64,000 nt of DNA from Eledone cirrhosa (taxonomy: Eukaryota), in assembly GCA_964016885.1 (NCBI GenBank), contig OZ024742.1:348502001-348566000 (forward strand). Reading direction: 5' to 3'. Positions 9,200 through 24,100 of this stretch are shown here, piece by piece. Each line of letters begins with the position of its first letter. Position 1 is the stretch's first letter. Below the pieces are notes generated by a model, which saw nothing but the letters and a program-made list of their open reading frames with translations, ran no database searches and had not been told where the DNA came from. The translations under genes were made by a program, and so were the position numbers.

Positions 9200-12100
9200 G
9201 TTGAGTTGTTCTTGGACAGCTAAGGTGTTCTACTCAAGTGTAGTTGGACATTTAAGGTGTTCTACTCAGGTGTAGTTGAACAGTTAAGGTGTTCTATTCA
9301 GGTGTAGTTGAACAGTTAAGGTGTTCTATTCAGGTGTGGTTGGTTAGTTAAGGTGGTCTACTCAGGTGTAGATGGATAGTTAAGGTGTTCTACTCAGGTG
9401 TAGATGGACAGTTAAGGTGTTCTACTCAGGTCTAGTTGGACAGTTAAGGTGTTCTACTCAGGTGTGGTTGAACAGTTAAGGTGTTCTACTCAGGTGTGGG
9501 TGGACAGCTAAGGTGTTCTACGCAGGTGTGATTGGACAGTTAAGGTGTTCTACTCAGGTGTGGTTGGACAGCTAAGGTGTTCTACTCAGGTGTAGATGGA
9601 CAGTTAAGGTGTTCTACTCAGGTGTGGTTGGACAGGTAAGGTGTTCTACTCAGGTGTAGGTGGACAGTTAAGGTGTTCTACTGATGTGTGGTTGGTTAGT
9701 TAAGGTGTTCTACTCAGGTGTAGTTGGACATTTAAGATGTTCTACGCAGGTGTAGTTGGACAGTTAATGTGTTCTCCTCATGTGTGATTGGACAGTTAAG
9801 GTGTTCTACTGATGCGTGGTTGGTTAGTTAAGGTGTTCTATTCAGGTGTAGTTGGACAGTTAAGGTGTTCTACTCAGGTGTAGTTGGACAGTTAAGGTGT
9901 TCTACTCAGGTGTAGTTGGACAGTTAAGGTGTTCTACTCAGGTGTGATTGGACAGTTAAGGTGTTCTACTCAGGTGTAGTTGGACAGTTAAGGTGTTCTC
10001 CTGATGTGTGGTTGGTTAGTTAAGGTGTTCTACTCAGGTGTAGTTGGACATTTAAGATGTTCTACGCAGGTGTAGTTGGACAGTTAATGTGTTCTCCTCA
10101 TGTGTGATTGGACAGTTAAGGTGTTCTACTGATGCGTGGTTGGTTAGTTAAGGTGTTCTATTCAGGTGTAGTTGGACAGTTAAGGTGTTCTACTCAGGTG
10201 TAGTTGGACAGTTAAGGTGTTCTACTCAGGTGTAGTTGGACAGTTAAGGTGTTCTACTCAGGTGTGATTGGACAGTTAAGGTGTTCTACTCAGGTGTAGT
10301 TGGACAGTTAAGGTGTTCTACTCAGGTGTGATTGGACAGTTAAAGTGTTCTACTCAGATGTGGTTGGACAGTTAAGATGTTCTACTGATGTGTGGTTGGT
10401 TAGTTAAGGTGTTCTACTCAGGTGTAGTTGAACAGTTAAGGTGTTCTACTCAGCTGTGGTTGGACAGTTAAGGTGTTCTACTCAGGTGTGGTTGGACAGT
10501 TAAGGTGTTCTACTCAGGTGTAGTTGGACGGTTAAGGTGTTCTCCTGATGTGTGGTTGGTTAGTTAAGGTGTTCTACGCAGGTGTAGTTGGACAGTTAAA
10601 GTGTTCTACTCAGATGTGGTTGGACAGTTAAGATGTTCTACTGATGTGTGGTTGGTTAGTTAAGGTGTTCTACTCAGGGGTAGTTGAACAGTTAAGGTGT
10701 TCTACTCAGCTGTGGTTGGACAGTTAAGGTGTTCTACTGATGTGTGGTTGAACAGTTAAGGTGCTCTACTCAGGTGTAGTTGGACATTTAAGGTGTTCTA
10801 TTCAGGTGTAGTTGGACAGTTAAGGTGTTCTACTGATGTGTGGTTGGTTAGTTAAGGTGTTCTAATCAGGTGTGGTTGGACAGTTAAGGTGTTCTACTCA
10901 TGTGTAGTTGAACAGTTAAGGTGTTCTATTCAGGTGTGGTTGGTTAGTTAATTTGTTCTATTCAGGTGTGGTTGGTTAGTTAAGGTGGTCTACTCAGGTG
11001 TAGATGGACAGTTTAGGTGTTCGACTCAGGTGTGGTTGGTTATATAAGGTGGTCTACTCAGGTGTAGATGGACAGTTAACGTGTTCTACTGATGTGTGGT
11101 TGGTTAGTTAAGGTGTTCTACTCAGGTGTAGTTGAACAGTTAATGTGTTCTACTCAGCTGTGGTTGGACAATTAAGGTGTTCTACTGATGTGTGGTTAGT
11201 TAGTTAAGGTGTTCTACTCAGGTGTAGTTGGACAGTTAAGGTGTTCTACTCAGGTGTGGTTGGACAGTTAAGATGTTCTACTGATGTGTGGTTGGTTAGT
11301 TAATGTGTTCTACTCAGGTGTGTTTGGACAGTTAAGGTGTTCTACTCAGGTGTGGTTGGACAGCTAAGGTGTTCTATTCTGGTGTAGTTGGACAGTTAAG
11401 GTGTTCTATTCAGGTGTAGTTGGACAGTTAAGGTGTTCTACTCAGGTGTAGTTGGACAGTTAACGTGTTCTGCTGATGTGTGGTTGGTTAGTTAAGGTGT
11501 TCTACTCAGGTGTAGTTGGACAGTTAAAGTGTTCTACTCAGCTGTGGTTGGACAGTTAAGATGTTCTACTGATGTGTGGTTGGTTAGTTAAGGTGTTCTA
11601 TTCAGGTGTAGTTGGACAGTTAAGGTGTTCTACTCAGGTGTGGTTGGACAGTTAAGGTGTTCTACTGATGTGTGGTTGGTTAGTTAAGGTGTTCTACTCA
11701 GGTGTGGTTGAACAGTTAAGGTGTTCTACTCAGGTGTGGTTGGACAGCTAAGGTGTTCTACTCAGGTGTGGTTGGACAGCTAAGGTATTCTACTCAAGTG
11801 TAGTTGGACATTTAAGGTGTTCTACTCAGGTGTAGTTGAACAGTTAAGGTGTTCTACTCAGGTGTGGTTGAACAGTTAAGGTGTTCTACTCAGGTGTAGT
11901 TGGACAGTTAAGGTGTTCTACTCAGGTGTAGTTGAACAGTTAAGGTGTTCTATTCAGGTGTAGTTGGACAGTTAATTTGTTCTACTCAGGTGTGGTTGAA
12001 CAGTTAAGGTGTTCTACTGAGGTGTAGTTGGACAGTTAAGGTGTTCTATTCAGGTGTTGTTGAACAGTTAAGGTGTTCTACTGATGTGTGGTTGGACAGT

Positions 12101-15100
12101 TAAGGTGTTCTACTCAGGTGTAGTTGAACAGTTAAGGTGTTCTACTCAGGTGTGTTTGGACAGTTAAGGTGTTCTATTCAGGTGTGGTTGAACAGTTAAG
12201 GTGTTCTACTGATGTGTGGTTGGACAGTTAAGATGTCCTACTCAGATGTAGTTGAACAGTTAAGGTGTTCTATTCAGGTGTGGTTGAACAGTTAAAGTGT
12301 TCTACTCAGGTGTAGTTGGACAGTTAAGGTGTTCTACTCAGGTCTAGTTGGACAGTTAAGGTGTTCTACTGGTGTGTGGTTTGTTAGTTAAGGTGTTCTA
12401 CTCATGTGTAGTTGAACAGTTAAGGTGTTCTACTCAGGTGTGGTTGGACAGTTAAGATGTTCTACTCAGATGTAGTTAAACAGTTAAGGTGTTCTATTCA
12501 GGTGTAGTTGGACAGTTAAGGTGTTCTACTCAGGTGTAGTTGGACAGTTAAGGTGTTCTACTCAGGCGTAGTTGGACAGTTAAGGTGTTCTACTGATATG
12601 TGGTTGGTTAGTTAAGGTGTTCTACTCAGGTGAAGTTGGACATTTAAGGTGTTCTATTCAGGTGTAGTTGGACAGTTAAGGTGTCCTATTCAGGTGTGGT
12701 TGAACAGTTAAGGTGTTCTATTCAGGTGTGGTTGGACAGTTAAAGTGGTCTACTCAGGTGTGGTTGGTTAGTTAAGGTGTTCTACTCAGGTGTAGTTGAT
12801 CAGTTAAGGTGTTCTATTCAGGTGTAGTTGGACAGTTAAGGTGGTCTACTCAGGTGTAGTTGGACAGTTAAGGTGTTCTACTGATGTGTGGTTGGTTAGT
12901 TAAGGTGTTCTACTCAGGTGTAGTTGAACAGTTAAGGTGTTCTGCTCAGCTGTGGTTGGACAGTTAAGGTGTTCTACTGATGTGTGGTTGGTTAGTTAAG
13001 GTGTTCTACTCAGGTGTAGTTGGACAGTTAAGGTGTTCTACTCAGTTGTGGTTGGACAGTTAACTTGTTCTACTGATGTGTGTTTGGTTAGTTAAGGTGT
13101 TCTACTCAGGTGTGGTTGAACAGTTGAGCTGTTCTACTCAGGTGTGGCTGGACAGCTAAGGTGTTCTACTCAGGTGTGGTTGGACAGTTAAGGTGTTCTA
13201 CTGATGTGTGTTTGGTTAGTTAAGGTGTTCTACTCAGGTGTGGTTGAACAGTTGAGTTGTTCTACTCAGGTGTGGCTGGACAGCTAAGGTGTTCTACTCA
13301 AGTGTAGTTGGACATTTAAGGTGTTCTACTCAGGTGTAGTTGAACAGTTAAGGTGTTCTATTCAGGTGTAGTTGAACAGTTAAGGTGTTCTATTCAGGTG
13401 TGGTTGGTTAGTTAAGGTGGTCTACTCAGGTGTAGATGGATAGTTAAGGTGTTCTACTCAGGTGTAGATGGACAGTTAAGGTGTTCTACTCAGGTCTAGT
13501 TGGACAGTTAAGGTGTTCTACTCAGGTGTGGTTGAACAGTTAAGGTGTTCTACTCAGGTGTGGGTGGACAGCTAAGGTGTTCTACGCAGGTGTGATTGGA
13601 CAGTTAAGGTGTTCTACTCAGGTGTGGTTGGACAGCTAAGGTGTTCTACTCAGGTGTAGATGGACAGTTAAGGTGTTCTACTCAGGTGTGGTTGGACAGG
13701 TAAGGTGTTCTACTCAGGTGTAGGTGGACAGTTAAGGTGTTCTACTGATGTGTGGTTGGTTAGTTAAGGTGTTCTACTCAGGTGTAGTTGGACATTTAAG
13801 ATGTTCTACGCAGGTGTAGTTGGACAGTTAATGTGTTCTCCTCATGTGTGATTGGACAGTTAAGGTGTTCTACTGATGTGTGGTTGGTAATTAAGGTGTT
13901 CTATTCAGGTGTAGTTGGAAAGTTAAGGTGTTCTACTCAGGTGTAGTTGGACAGTTAAGGTGTTCTACTCAGGTGTAGTTGGACAGTTAAGGTGTTCTAC
14001 TCAGGTGTGGTTGGACAGTTAAGGTGTTCTACTCAGGTGTAGTTGGACGGTTAAGGTGTTCTTCTGATGTGTGGTTGGTTAGTTAAGGTGTTCTACGCAG
14101 GTGTAGTTGGACAGTTAAAGTGTTCTACTCAGATGTGGTTGGACAGTTAAGATGTTCTACTGATGTGTGGTTGGTTAGTTAAGGTGTTCTACTCAGGGGT
14201 AGTTGAACAGTTAAGGTGTTCTACTCAGCTGTGGTTGGACAGTTAAGGTGTTCTACTGATGTGTGGTTGAACAGTTAAGGTGGTCTACTCAGGTGTAGTT
14301 GGACATTTAAGGTGTTCTATTCAGGTGTAGTTGGACAGTTAAGGTGTTCTACTGATGTGTGGTTGGTTAGTTAAGGTGTTCTAATCAGGTGTGGTTGGAC
14401 AGTTAAGGTGTTCTACTCATGTGTAGTTGAACAGTTAAGGTGTTCTATTCAGGTGTGGTTGGTTAGTTAATTTGTTCTATTCAGGTGTGGTTGGTTAGTT
14501 AAGGTGGTCTACTCAGGTGTAGATGGACAGTTTAGGTGTTCGACTCAGGTGTGGTTGGTTATATAAGGTGGTCTACTCAGGTGTAGATGGACAGTTAACG
14601 TGTTCTACTGATGTGTGGTTGGTTAGTTAAGGTGTTCTACTCAGGTGTAGTTGAACAGTTAAGGTGTTCTACTCAGCTGTGGTTGGACAATTAAGGTGTT
14701 CTACTGATGTGTGGTTAGTTAGTTAAGGTGTTCTACTCAGGTGTAGTTGGACAGTTAAGGTGTTCTACTCAGGTGTGGTTGGACAGTTAAGATGTTCTAC
14801 TGATGTGTGGTTGGTTAGTTAATGTGTTCTACTCAGGTGTGTTTGGACAGTTAAGGTGTTCTACTCAGGTGTGGTTGGACAGCTAAGGTGTTCTATTCTG
14901 GTGTAGTTGGACAGTTAAGGTGTTCTATTCAGGTGTAGTTGGACAGTTAAGGTGTTCTACTCAGGTGTAGTTGGACAGTTAACGTGTTCTCCTGATGTGT
15001 GGTTGGTTAGTTAAGGTGTTCTACTCAGGTGTAGTTGGACAGTTAATGTGTTCTACTCAGCTGTGGTTGGACAGTTAAGATGTCCTACTGATGTGTGGTT

Positions 15101-18100
15101 GGTTAGTTAAGGTGTTCTACTCAGGTGTAGTTGGAGAGCTAAGGTGTTCTACTCAGGTCTGGTTGGACAGTTAAGGTGTTCTACTGATGTGTGGTTGGTT
15201 AGTTAAGGTGTTCTACTCAGGTGTGGTTGAACAGTTAAGGTGTTCTACTCAGGTGTGGTTGGACAGTTAAGGTGTTCTACTGATGTGTGGTTGGTTAGTT
15301 AAGGTGTTCTACTCAGGTGTGGTTGAACAGTTAAGGTGTTCTACTCAGGTGTGGTTGGACAGCTAAGGTGTTCTACTCAGGTGTGGTTGGACAGCTAAGG
15401 TCTTCTACTCAAGTGTAGTTGGACATTTAAGGTGTTCTACTCAGGTTTAGTTGAACAGTTAAGGTGTTCTACTCAGGTGTGGTTGAACAGTTAAGGTGTT
15501 CTACACAGGTGTATTTGGACAGTTAAGGTGTTCTACTCAGGTGTAGTTGAACAGTTAAGGTGTTCTATTCAGGTGTAGTTGGACAGTTAATGTGTTCTAC
15601 TCAGGTGTGGTTGAACAGTTAAGGTGTTCTACTGAGGTGTAGTTGGACAGTTAAGGTGTTGTATTCAGGTGTTGTTGAACAGTTAAGGTGTTCTATTCAG
15701 GTGTGGTTGAACAGTTAAGGTGTTCTATTCAGGTGTGGTTGGACAGTTAAAGTGGTCTACTCAGGTGTGGTTGGTTAGTTAAGGTGTTCTACTCAGGTGT
15801 AGTTGATCAGTTAAGGTGTTCTATTCAGGTGTAGTTGGACAGTTAAGGTGGTCTACTCAGGTGTAGTTGGACAGTTAAGGTGTTCTACTGATGTGTGGTT
15901 GGTTAGTTAAGGTGTTCTACTCAGGTGTAGTTGAACAGTTAAGGTGTTCTGCTCAGCTGTGGTTGGACAGTTAAGGTGTTCTACTGATGTGTGGTTGGTT
16001 AGTTAAGGTGTTCTACTCAGGTGTAGTTGGACAGTTAAGGTGTTCTACTCAGGTGTGGTTGGACAGTTAACTTGTTCTACTGATGTGTGTTTGGTTAGTT
16101 AAGGTGTTCTACTCAGGTGTGGTTGAACAGTTGAGCTGTTCTACTCAGGTGTGGCTGGACAGCTAAGGTGTTCTACTCAGGTGTGGTTGGACAGTTAAGG
16201 TGTTCTACTGATGTGTGTTTGGTTAGTTAAGGTGTTCTACTCAGGTGTGGTTGAACAGTTGAGTTGTTCTTGGACAGCTAAGGTGTTCTACTCAAGTGTA
16301 GTTGGACATTTAAGGTGTTCTACTCAGGTGTAGTTGAACAGTTAAGGTGTTCTATTCAGGTGTAGTTGAACAGTTAAGGTGTTCTATTCAGGTGTGGTTG
16401 GTTAGTTAAGGTGGTCTACTCAGGTGTAGATGGATAGTTAAGGTGTTCTACTCAGGTGTAGATGGACAGTTAAGGTGTTCTACTCAGGTCTAGTTGGACA
16501 GTTAAGGTGTTCTACTCAGGTGTGGTTGAACAGTTAAGGTGTTCTACTCAGGTGTGGGTGGACAGCTAAGGTGTTCTACGCAGGTGTGATTGGACAGTTA
16601 AGGTGTTCTACTCAGGTGTGGTTGGACAGCTAAGGTGTTCTACTCAGGTGTAGATGGACAGTTAAGGTGTTCTACTCAGGTGTGGTTGGACAGGTAAGGT
16701 GTTCTACTCAGGTGTAGGTGGACAGTTAAGGTGTTCTACTGATGTGTGGTTGGTTAGTTAAGGTGTTCTACTCAGGTGTAGTTGGACATTTAAGATGTTC
16801 TACGCAGGTGTAGTTGGACAGTTAATGTGTTCTCCTCATGTGTGATTGGACAGTTAAGGTGTTCTACTGATGCGTGGTTGGTTAGTTAAGGTGTTCTATT
16901 CAGGTGTAGTTGGACAGTTAAGGTGTTCTACTCAGGTGTAGTTGGACAGTTAAGGTGTTCTACTCAGGTGTAGTTGGACAGTTAAGGTGTTCTACTCAGG
17001 TGTGATTGGACAGTTAAGGTGTTCTACTCAGGTGTAGTTGGACAGTTAAGGTGTTCTCCTGATGTGTGGTTGGTTAGTTAAGGTGTTCTACTCAGGTGTA
17101 GTTGGACATTTAAGATGTTCTACGCAGGTGTAGTTGGACAGTTAATGTGTTCTCCTCATGTGTGATTGGACAGTTAAGGTGTTCTACTGATGCGTGGTTG
17201 GTTAGTTAAGGTGTTCTATTCAGGTGTAGTTGGACAGTTAAGGTGTTCTACTCAGGTGTAGTTGGACAGTTAAGGTGTTCTACTCAGGTGTAGTTGGACA
17301 GTTAAGGTGTTCTACTCAGGTGTGATTGGACAGTTAAGGTGTTCTACTCAGGTGTAGTTGGACAGTTAAGGTGTTCTACTCAGGTGTGATTGGACAGTTA
17401 AAGTGTTCTACTCAGATGTGGTTGGACAGTTAAGATGTTCTACTGATGTGTGGTTGGTTAGTTAAGGTGTTCTACTCAGGTGTAGTTGAACAGTTAAGGT
17501 GTTCTACTCAGCTGTGGTTGGACAGTTAAGGTGTTCTACTCAGGTGTGGTTGGACAGTTAAGGTGTTCTACTCAGGTGTAGTTGGACGGTTAAGCTGTTC
17601 TCCTGATGTGTGGTTGGTTAGTTAAGGTGTTCTACGCAGGTGTAGTTGGACAGTTAAAGTGTTCTACTCAGATGTGGTTGGACAGTTAAGATGTTCTACT
17701 GATGTGTGGTTGGTTAGTTAAGGTGTTCTACTCAGGGGTAGTTGAACAGTTAAGGTGTTCTACTCAGCTGTGGTTGGACAGTTAAGGTGTTCTACTGATG
17801 TGTGGTTGAACAGTTAAGGTGCTCTACTCAGGTGTAGTTGGACATTTAAGGTGTTCTATTCAGGTGTAGTTGGACAGTTAAGGTGTTCTACTGATGTGTG
17901 GTTGGTTAGTTAAGGTGTTCTAATCAGGTGTGGTTGGACAGTTAAGGTGTTCTACTCATGTGTAGTTGAACAGTTAAGGTGTTCTATTCAGGTGTGGTTG
18001 GTTAGTTAATTTGTTCTATTCAGGTGTGGTTGGTTAGTTAAGGTGGTCTACTCAGGTGTAGATGGACAGTTTAGGTGTTCGACTCAGGTGTGGTTGGTTA

Positions 18101-21100
18101 TATAAGGTGGTCTACTCAGGTGTAGATGGACAGTTAACGTGTTCTACTGATGTGTGGTTGGTTAGTTAAGGTGTTCTACTCAGGTGTAGTTGAACAGTTA
18201 ATGTGTTCTACTCAGCTGTGGTTGGACAATTAAGGTGTTCTACTGATGTGTGGTTAGTTAGTTAAGGTGTTCTACTCAGGTGTAGTTGGACAGTTAAGGT
18301 GTTCTACTCAGGTGTGGTTGGACAGTTAAGATGTTCTACTGATGTGTGGTTGGTTAGTTAATGTGTTCTACTCAGGTGTGTTTGGACAGTTAAGGTGTTC
18401 TACTCAGGTGTGGTTGGACAGCTAAGGTGTTCTATTCTGGTGTAGTTGGACAGTTAAGGTGTTCTATTCAGGTGTAGTTGGACAGTTAAGGTGTTCTACT
18501 CAGGTGTAGATGGACAGTTAACGTGTTCTGCTGATGTGTGGTTGGTTAGTTAAGGTGTTCTACTCAGGTGTAGTTGGACAGTTAAAGTGTTCTACTCAGC
18601 TGTGGTTGGACAGTTAAGATGTTCTACTGATGTGTGGTTGGTTAGTTAAGGTGTTCTATTCAGGTGTAGTTGGACAGTTAAGGTGTTCTACTCAGGTGTG
18701 GTTGGACAGTTAAGGTGTTCTACTGATGTGTGGTTGGTTAGTTAAGGTGTTCTACTCAGGTGTGGTTGAACAGTTAAGGTGTTCTACTCAGGTGTGGTTG
18801 GACAGCTAAGGTGTTCTACTCAGGTGTGGTTGGACAGCTAAGGTATTCTACTCAAGTGTAGTTGGACATTTAAGGTGTTCTACTCAGGTGTAGTTGAACA
18901 GTTAAGGTGTTCTACTCAGGTGTGGTTGAACAGTTAAGGTGTTCTACTCAGGTGTAGTTGGACAGTTAAGGTGTTCTACTCAGGTGTAGTTGAACAGTTA
19001 AGGTGTTCTATTCAGGTGTAGTTGGACAGTTAAGTTGTTCTACTCAGGTGTGGTTGAACAGTTAAGGTGTTCTACTGAGGTGTAGTTGGACAGTTAAGGT
19101 GTTCTATTCAGGTGTTGGTGAACAGTTAAGGTGTTCTACTGATGTGTGGTTGGACAGTTAAGGTGTTCTACTCAGGTGTAGTTGAACAGTTAAGGTGTTC
19201 TACTCAGGTGTGTTTGGACAGTTAAGGTGTTCTATTCAGGTGTGGTTGAACAGTTAAGGTGTTCTACTGATGTGTGGTTGGACAGTTAAGATGTCCTACT
19301 CAGATGTAGTTGAACAGTTAAGGTGTTCTATTCAGGTGTGGTTGAACAGTTAAAGTGTTCTACTCAGGTGTAGTTGGACAGTTAAGGTGTTCTACTCAGG
19401 TCTAGTTGGACAGTTAAGGTGTTCTACTGGTGTGTGGTTTGTTAGTTAAGGTGTTCTACTCATGTGTAGTTGAACAGTTAAGGTGTTCTACTCAGGTGTG
19501 GTTGGACAGTTAAGATGTTCTACTCAGATGTAGTTAAACAGTTAAGGTGTTCTATTCAGGTGTAGTTGGACAGTTAAGGTGTTCTACTCAGGTGTAGTTG
19601 GACAGTTAAGGTGTTCTACTCAGGCGTAGTTGGACAGTTAAGGTGTTCTACTGATATGTGGTTGGTTAGTTAAGGTGTTCTACTCAGGTGAAGTTGGACA
19701 TTTAAGGTGTTCTATTCAGGTGTAGTTGGACAGTTAAGGTGTCCTATTCAGGTGTGGTTGAACAGTTAAGGTGTTCTATTCAGGTGTGGTTGGACAGTTA
19801 AAGTGGTCTACTCAGGTGTGGTTGGTTAGTTAAGGTGTTCTACTCAGGTGTAGTTGATCAGTTAAGGTGTTCTATTCAGGTGTAGTTGGACAGTTAAGGT
19901 GGTCTAGTCAGGTGTAGTTGGACAGTTAAGGTGTTCTACTGATGTGTGGTTGGTTAGTTAAGGTGTTCTACTCAGGTGTAGTTGAACAGTTAAGGTGTTC
20001 TGCTCAGCTGTGGTTGGACAGTTAAGGTGTTCTACTGATGTGTGGTTGGTTAGTTAAGGTGTTCTACTCAGGTGTAGTTGGACAGTTAAGGTGTTCTACT
20101 CAGTTGTGGTTGGACAGTTAACTTGTTCTACTGATGTGTGTTTGGTTAGTTAAGGTGTTCTACTCAGGTGTGGTTGAACAGTTGAGCTGTTCTACTCAGG
20201 TGTGGCTGGACAGCTAAGGTGTTCTACTCAGGTGTGGTTGGACAGTTAAGGTGTTCTACTGATGTGTGTTTGGTTAGTTAAGGTGTTCTACTCAGGTGTG
20301 GTTGAACAGTTGAGTTGTTCTACTCAGGTGTGGCTGGACAGCTAAGGTGTTCTACTCAAGTGTAGTTGGACATTTAAGGTGTTCTACTCAGGTGTAGTTG
20401 AACAGTTAAGGTGTTCTATTCAGGTGTAGTTGAACAGTTAAGGTGTTCTATTCAGGTGTGGTTGGTTAGTTAAGGTGGTCTACTCAGGTGTAGATGGATA
20501 GTTAAGGTGTTCTACTCAGGTGTAGATGGACAGTTAAGGTGTTCTACTCAGGTCTAGTTGGACAGTTAAGGTGTTCTACTCAGGTGTGGTTGAACAGTTA
20601 AGGTGTTCTACTCAGGTGTGGGTGGACAGCTAAGGTGTTCTACGCAGGTGTGATTGGACAGTTAAGGTGTTCTACTCAGGTGTGGTTGGACAGCTAAGGT
20701 GTTCTACTCAGGTGTAGATGGACAGTTAAGGTGTTCTACTCAGGTGTGGTTGGACAGGTAAGGTGTTCTACTCAGGTGTAGGTGGACAGTTAAGGTGTTC
20801 TACTGATGTGTGGTTGGTTAGTTAAGGTGTTCTACTCAGGTGTAGTTGGACATTTAAGATGTTCTACGCAGGTGTAGTTGGACAGTTAATGTGTTCTCCT
20901 CATGTGTGATTGGACAGTTAAGGTGGTCTACTGATGTGTGGTTGGTAATTAAGGTGTTCTATTCAGGTGTAGTTGGAAAGTTAAGGTGTTCTACTCAGGT
21001 GTAGTTGGACAGTTAAGGTGTTCTACTCAGGTGTAGTTGGACAGTTAAGGTGTTCTACTCAGGTGTGGTTGGACAGTTAAGGTGTTCTACTCAGGTGTAG

Positions 21101-24100
21101 TTGGACGGTTAAGGTGTTCTTCTGATGTGTGGTTGGTTAGTTAAGGTGTTCTACGCAGGTGTAGTTGGACAGTTAAAGTGTTCTACTCAGATGTGGTTGG
21201 ACAGTTAAGATGTTCTACTGATGTGTGGTTGGTTAGTTAAGGTGTTCTACTCAGGGGTAGTTGAACAGTTAAGGTGTTCTACTCAGCTGTGGTTGGACAG
21301 TTAAGGTGTTCTACTGATGTGTGGTTGAACAGTTAAGGTGGTCTACTCAGGTGTAGTTGGACATTTAAGGTGTTCTATTCAGGTGTAGTTGGACAGTTAA
21401 GGTGTTCTACTGATGTGTGGTTGGTTAGTTAAGGTGTTCTAATCAGGTGTGGTTGGACAGTTAAGGTGTTCTACTCATGTGTAGTTGAACAGTTAAGGTG
21501 TTCTATTCAGGTGTGGTTGGTTAGTTAATTTGTTCTATTCAGGTGTGGTTGGTTAGTTAAGGTGGTCTACTCAGGTGTAGATGGACAGTTTAGGTGTTCG
21601 ACTCAGGTGTGGTTGGTTATATAAGGTGGTCTACTCAGGTGTAGATGGACAGTTAACGTGTTCTACTGATGTGTGGTTGGTTAGTTAAGGTGTTCTACTC
21701 AGGTGTAGTTGAACAGTTAAGGTGTTCTACTCAGCTGTGGTTGGACAATTAAGGTGTTCTACTGATGTGTGGTTAGTTAGTTAAGGTGTTCTACTCAGGT
21801 GTAGTTGGACAGTTAAGGTGTTCTACTCAGGTGTGGTTGGACAGTTAAGATGTTCTACTGATGTGTGGTTGTTTAGTTAATGTGTTCTACTCAGGTGTGT
21901 TTGGACAGTTAAGGTGTTCTACTCAGGTGTGGTTGGACAGCTAAGGTGTTCTATTCTGGTGTAATTGGACAGTTAAGGTGTTCTATTCAGGTGTAGTTGG
22001 ACAGTTAAGGTGTTCTACTCAGGTGTAGTTGGACAGTTAACGTGTTCTCCTGATGTGTGGTTGGTTAGTTAAGGTGTTCTACTCAGGTGTAGTTGGACAG
22101 TTAAAGTGTTCTACTCAGCTGTGGTTGGACAGTTAAGATGTCCTACTGATGTGTGGTTGGTTAGTTAAGGTGTTCTACTCAGGTGTAGTTGGAGAGTTAA
22201 GGTGTTCTACTCAGGTCTGGTTGGACAGTTAAGGTGTTCTACTGATGTGTGGTTGGTTAGTTAAGGTGTTCTACTCAGGTGTGGTTGAACAGTTAAGGTG
22301 TTCTACTCAGGTGTGGTTGGACAGTTAAGGTGTTCTACTGATGTGTGGTTGGTTAGTTAAGGTGTTCTACTCAGGTGTGGTTGAACAGTTAAGGTGTTCT
22401 ACTCAGGTGTGGTTGGACAGCTAAGGTGTTCTACTCAGGTGTGGTTGGACAGCTAAGGTCTTCTACTCAAGTGTAGTTGGACATTTAAGGTGTTCTACTC
22501 AGGTGTAGTTGAACAGTTAAGGTGTTCTACTCAGGTGTGGTTGAACAGTTAAGGTGTTCTACACAGGTGTATTTGGACAGTTAAGGTGTTCTACTCAGGT
22601 GTAGTTGAACAGTTAAGGTGTTCTATTCAGGTGTAGTTGGACAGTTAAGGTGTTCTACTCAGGTGTAGTTGGACAGTTAACGTGTTCTCCTGATGTGTGG
22701 TTGGTTAGTTAAGGTGTTCTACTCAGGTGTAGTTGGACAGTTAAAGTGTTCTACTCAGCTGTGGTTGGACAGTTAAGATGTTCTACTGATGTGTGGTTGG
22801 TTAGTTAATGTGTTCTACTCAGGTGTGTTTGGACAGTTAAGGTGTTCTACTCAGGTGTGGTTGGACAGCTAAGGTGTTCTATTCTGGTGTAGTTGGACAG
22901 TTAAGGTGTTCTATTCAGGTGTAGTTGGACAGTTAAGGTGTTCTACTCAGGTGTAGTTGGACAGTTAACGTGTTCTCCTGATGTGTGGTTGGTTAGTTAA
23001 GGTGTTCTACTCAGGTGTAGTTGGACAGTTAAAGTGTTCTACTCAGCTGTGGTTGGACAGTTAAGATGTCCTACTGATGTGTGGTTGGTTAGTTAAGGTG
23101 TTCTACTCAGGTGTAGTTGGAGAGTTAAGGTGTTCTACTCAGGTCTGGTTGGACAGTTAAGGTGTTCTACTGATGTGTGGTTGGTTAGTTAAGGTGTTCT
23201 ACTCAGGTGTGGTTGAACAGTTAAGGTGTTCTACTCAGGTGTGGTTGGACAGTTAAGGTGTTCTACTGATGTGTGGTTGGTTAGTTAAGGTGTTCTACTC
23301 AGGTGTGGTTGAACAGTTAAGGTGTTCTACTCAGGTGTGGTTGGACAGCTAAGGTGTTCTACTCAGGTGTGGTTGGACAGCTAAGGTCTTCTACTCAAGT
23401 GTAGTTGGACATTTAAGGTGTTCTACTCAGGTGTAGTTGAACAGTTAAGGTGTTCTACTCAGGTGTGGTTGAACAGTTAAGGTGTTCTACACAGGTGTAT
23501 TTGGACAGTTAAGGTGTTCTACTCAGGTGTAGTTGAACAGTTAAGGTGTTCTATTCAGGTGTAGTTGGACAGTTAAGGTGTTCTACTCAGGTGTGGTTGA
23601 ACAGTTAAGGTGTTCTACTGAGGTGTAGTTGGACAGTTAAGGTGTTGTATTCAGGTGTTGTTGAACAGTTAAGGTGTTCTATTCAGGTGTGGTTGAACAG
23701 TTAAGGTGTTCTATTCAGGTGTGGTTGGACAGTTAAAGTGGTCTACTCAGGTGTGGTTGGTTAGTTAAGGTGTTCTACTCAGGTGTAGTTGATCAGTTAA
23801 GGTGTTCTATTCAGGTGTAGTTGGACAGTTAAGGTGGTCTACTCAGGTGTAGTTGGACAGTTAAGGTGTTCTACTGATGTGTGGTTGGTTAGTTAAGGTG
23901 TTCTACTCAGGTGTAGTTGAACAGTTAAGGTGTTCTGCTCAGCTGTGGTTGGACAGTTAAGGTGTTCTACTGATGTGTGGTTGGTTAGTTAAGGTGTTCT
24001 ACTCAGGTGTAGTTGGACAGTTAAGGTGTTCTACTCAGGTGTGGTTGGACAGTTAACTTGTTCTACTGATGTGTGTTTGGTTAGTTAAGGTGTTCTACTC

